Position numbers and translations under genes: made by a program. Positions 61,488 through 64,000 of a stretch of 64,000 nt of DNA are shown one piece after another; position 1 is the stretch's first letter; each line of letters starts with the position of its first letter. The DNA is taken from contig OY761459.1 of the NCBI GenBank assembly GCA_963664485.1, positions 709,275-773,274 on the forward strand, written 5' to 3'. The notes under the pieces were generated by a model that searched no databases, had not been told where the DNA came from, and worked only from the letters and a program-made list of their open reading frames with translations. Source of the stretch: Syntrophales bacterium. GTDB lineage: Bacteria > Desulfobacterota > Syntrophia > Syntrophales > UBA2210.

Positions 61488-64000
61488 ATGGATTATAAAG
61501 ACACGCTCAATCTGCCGAAAACCGATTTTTCAATGAAGGCGAATCTGGCCAGGAAAGAACCGGATTTACTTGCAAAGTGGGAAGATATCGACATTTATAA
61601 AAAAATAAGGTCTGTATCAAAGGGACAGGAACGATATATTCTTCACGACGGTCCTCCCTACGCGAACGGAGATATTCATCTAGGAACGGCATTGAACAAG
61701 ATAATCAAGGACATTGTCATAAAATCGAAAAGCATGAGCGGATTCGACTGTGTGTATGTCCCGGGATGGGACTGTCACGGCCTTCCCATAGAGCATCAGG
61801 TAGACAAGGAGCTGGGCGAGAAACAACATACCATCCCACAGGCGGAGAAAAGAAGGCTTTGCCGATCGTATGCCGGAGAGTATCTCGATATTCAGAGAAA
61901 ACAGTTCAAGCGTTTCGGTGTGTTCGGCGAATGGGATAATCCATATGTTACAATGGATTACGATTACGAAGCCACAACGATAGAGGAATTCGGGAAACTG
62001 CTGCTCAGCGGCGATGTCTACAAGGGGAAAAAACCGGTCTACTGGTGTGCCTCGTGCAAGACAGCCCTCGCCGAGGCGGAGGTGGAATATAACGATCACA
62101 CGACACCTTCCATATATGTAAAATTTCCGATGATCTCCGACATAACCGGAACACTTCCAAAACTCTCCGGGGAAAAGGTCAGCTTGGTCATATGGACTAC
62201 AACACCCTGGACAATCCCCGCCAACCTGGCCATCGCCCTGCATGAAGACTTCGACTATGTCGCAGTCAAGGTAGAAGGAGAAGTGTTGATCTTCGCGAAA
62301 GAGCTGCAGGACTACTGTCTGGATGCCTTCGGTTTCAGAGAAAAAGGTTTTGAAATCCTTGATGAGTTTAAAGGCGGAGTTTTAGAAGGACTGAAATGCC
62401 GGCACCCTTTCATCGAACGCGAGAGCTTGCTGATACTCGCTCCCTTCGTAACCCTTGACGCAGGAACGGGATGTGTACATATCGCTCCGGGTCACGGTCA
62501 GGAAGATTATGAGATCGGCCTTGAATACGGACTGGACGTCTACGCGCCGGTGGATGATGACGGAAGGTTTACTCCCGATGTGGATTTCTTCGCGGGTGAG
62601 TTCGTATTCGACGCCAACGAAGCGGTGAACAAGAAGCTGAAAGAGGTCGGGGCCCTTCTGAGTACCATCGACATAGAGCACCAGTATCCTCACTGCTGGA
62701 GATGCAAGAATCCCATTATCTTCAGGTCGACGGAACAGTGGTTTATCTCTATGGAGAAGAACGGTCTGCGCGAAAAGGCGCTTAAGGCCATAGGAAGCGT
62801 AAACTGGTTTCCATCATGGGGCCGCGACCGTATATACGGCATGATAGAAAACAGGCCGGACTGGTGTATATCGAGACAGCGCTCTTGGGGGGTACCCATT
62901 ACGGTATTTTACTGCAAACACTGTGGGGAATACCTGGCCACGAAAGAAATTCTGGATCGTGTTGTTGCTCTGGTCAGGGAGCACGGTGCCGACGTATGGT
63001 TCGAGAAAGATGCAAATGACCTTCTTCCCGGCGGAACCGTTTGTCCGGCCTGCGGGGGAAAGGATTTCAAGAAAGAAACCAACATCCTCGACGTCTGGTT
63101 CGATTCCGGTGTAAGTCACGCTGCGGTGTTAGAAAAAAGAGCGGATCTCGGATCACCCTGTGACATGTATCTGGAAGGAAGTGACCAGCACAGAGGATGG
63201 TTCCACTCATCCCTTCTGGAGTCAGTTGGAACCAGAGGCAGGGCTCCCTACAAGAATGTACTCACTCACGGTTTTGTCGTGGACGGTGAGGGGAAAAAGA
63301 TGTCCAAGTCACTGGGCAACTTTATCGACCCCCAGAAAATGGTTGATCAATACGGAGCTGAAATACTGCGCCTGTGGGTTGCCGCCGAGGACTACACTGT
63401 CGATATCAGGATATCCGAGGAAATATTGAAACGTCTCGTTGAGGCTTACAGGCGGATTCGTAACACGAGCAGATACATTCTGGGCAATCTGTACGACTTT
63501 GATTGCAGGCATGATATGGTCTCCGTGGAAAATATGGAGGAGATCGACAGGTGGGCGCTATACCGCCTTCAGGAAATCATCCGCAGAGTAAAGAACGCAT
63601 ATGAGAATTATCAGTTCCATGTTGTCTATTACACACTTTACAATTTCTGCAGTGTCGATCTCAGCGCACTATACTTGGATGTCCTGAAAGACAGGCTGTA
63701 TACTTCGAAGGCCGGGTCAAAAGAGAGAAGATCCGCTCAGAGTGCAATGTATATCATCCTTGACGCCATGACACGGCTCCTGGCGCCGGTGCTTGTCTTT
63801 ACCGCCGAAGAGATATGGTCGAGCATGCCCGGTTATGAAGGCAAAGAAGAAAGTGTTCACATGACGCAATTTCCGGAAGCAGACTCCCGGTATCTCGATG
63901 AGGATCTCGGCAGGAGATGGGAAAGACTTATCGCTGTTAAAGGAGAGATCTCAAAGGCCATCGAAATAGCAAGGCAGAAAAAAGTGGTGGGGCATTCCCT
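61488..64000 (+). CDS. ileS: Isoleucine--tRNA ligase, 5' ~837 codons (continues past the window end)
   Basis: It is absent from the ORF track because there is no stop in the window. MDYKDTLNLPKTDFSMKANL.., the HIGH motif PPYANGDIHLGT, ..GWDCHGLPIE.. and the KMSKS motif (GKKMSKSLGN at about 63291-63320). AAGAGGA ribosome-binding site. Confidence 0.93.
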   Translation, partial: MDYKDTLNLPKTDFSMKANLARKEPDLLAKWEDIDIYKKIRSVSKGQERYILHDGPPYANGDIHLGTALNKIIKDIVIKSKSMSGFDCVYVPGWDCHGLPIEHQVDKELGEKQHTIPQAEKRRLCRSYAGEYLDIQRKQFKRFGVFGEWDNPYVTMDYDYEATTIEEFGKLLLSGDVYKGKKPVYWCASCKTALAEAEVEYNDHTTPSIYVKFPMISDITGTLPKLSGEKVSLVIWTTTPWTIPANLAIALHEDFDYVAVKVEGEVLIFAKELQDYCLDAFGFREKGFEILDEFKGGVLEGLKCRHPFIERESLLILAPFVTLDAGTGCVHIAPGHGQEDYEIGLEYGLDVYAPVDDDGRFTPDVDFFAGEFVFDANEAVNKKLKEVGALLSTIDIEHQYPHCWRCKNPIIFRSTEQWFISMEKNGLREKALKAIGSVNWFPSWGRDRIYGMIENRPDWCISRQRSWGVPITVFYCKHCGEYLATKEILDRVVALVREHGADVWFEKDANDLLPGGTVCPACGGKDFKKETNILDVWFDSGVSHAAVLEKRADLGSPCDMYLEGSDQHRGWFHSSLLESVGTRGRAPYKNVLTHGFVVDGEGKKMSKSLGNFIDPQKMVDQYGAEILRLWVAAEDYTVDIRISEEILKRLVEAYRRIRNTSRYILGNLYDFDCRHDMVSVENMEEIDRWALYRLQEIIRRVKNAYENYQFHVVYYTLYNFCSVDLSALYLDVLKDRLYTSKAGSKERRSAQSAMYIILDAMTRLLAPVLVFTAEEIWSSMPGYEGKEESVHMTQFPEADSRYLDEDLGRRWERLIAVKGEISKAIEIARQKKVVGHS

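Overview
This 64-kb chromosomal window probably comes from an anaerobic, Desulfobacterota-like bacterium. That guess is inference from gene content only: a selenocysteine formate dehydrogenase (FDH), sigma54 signalling, ResB/CcsA cytochrome c maturation and numerous Fe-S proteins. I can support about 50 protein-coding genes and no rRNA, tRNA, CRISPR array or intact mobile element.

Gene content by region:
- 1-1320: the tail of an ABC-F ATPase and a frameshifted yjbQ-like gene.
- 2124-16205: one long minus-strand block. It holds a four-gene soluble FDH operon: a NuoE-like subunit, a 2Fe-2S ferredoxin-like subunit, a NuoF-like subunit fused to a GltD/NfnB-like NAD(P)H-FAD module, and FdhA. FdhA has an in-frame TGA selenocysteine codon followed by a SECIS-like hairpin. 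After the operon come five soluble signalling genes (DRTGG / RsbW-like kinase / DRTGG / PHP / GHKL ATPase), then a Cache-PAS-PAS histidine kinase and a sigma54-dependent response regulator.
- 17362-24880: a crotonase-family gene and a TetR-controlled RND efflux operon.
- 25146-30658: LpxR-like protein, asnA-asnS, and a beta-CASP MBL nuclease.
- 30980-32957: a selenium-handling cluster (class-V desulfurase-like, YedF, DUF3343).
- 33422-36222: fabD, and a CoA-acylating aldehyde dehydrogenase with its own small carrier protein.
- 36424-40501: an ArsR-regulated permease / DUF2703 / thioredoxin-like / TauE operon, with three gene remnants downstream of it.
- 40765-46915: a DMT transporter, resB-ccsA, back-to-back 5'-truncated fdhE-like and molybdopterin-binding remnants, a ModE-like HTH protein and an AhpD-like protein.
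- 47122-49455: an ECF sigma / anti-sigma cluster whose sensor domains look like CBM48 glycan-binding folds.
- 49833-64000: acetolactate decarboxylase, OYE and CGGC proteins, a second RND operon ending in a Cas4-like/DEDD nuclease, a tandem USP and the 5' part of ileS.

The most interesting items are:
- the FDH with two pyridine-nucleotide sites;
- the uncharacterised DRTGG/PHP/GHKL module attached to it;
- a 73-nt hairpin-bearing intergenic repeat present twice (72/73 identical), one copy carrying an extra 34-nt module;
- two sites of gene decay;
- the ECF/CBM48 cluster.

All functional calls rest on motifs I recognised by eye. No database search was run.
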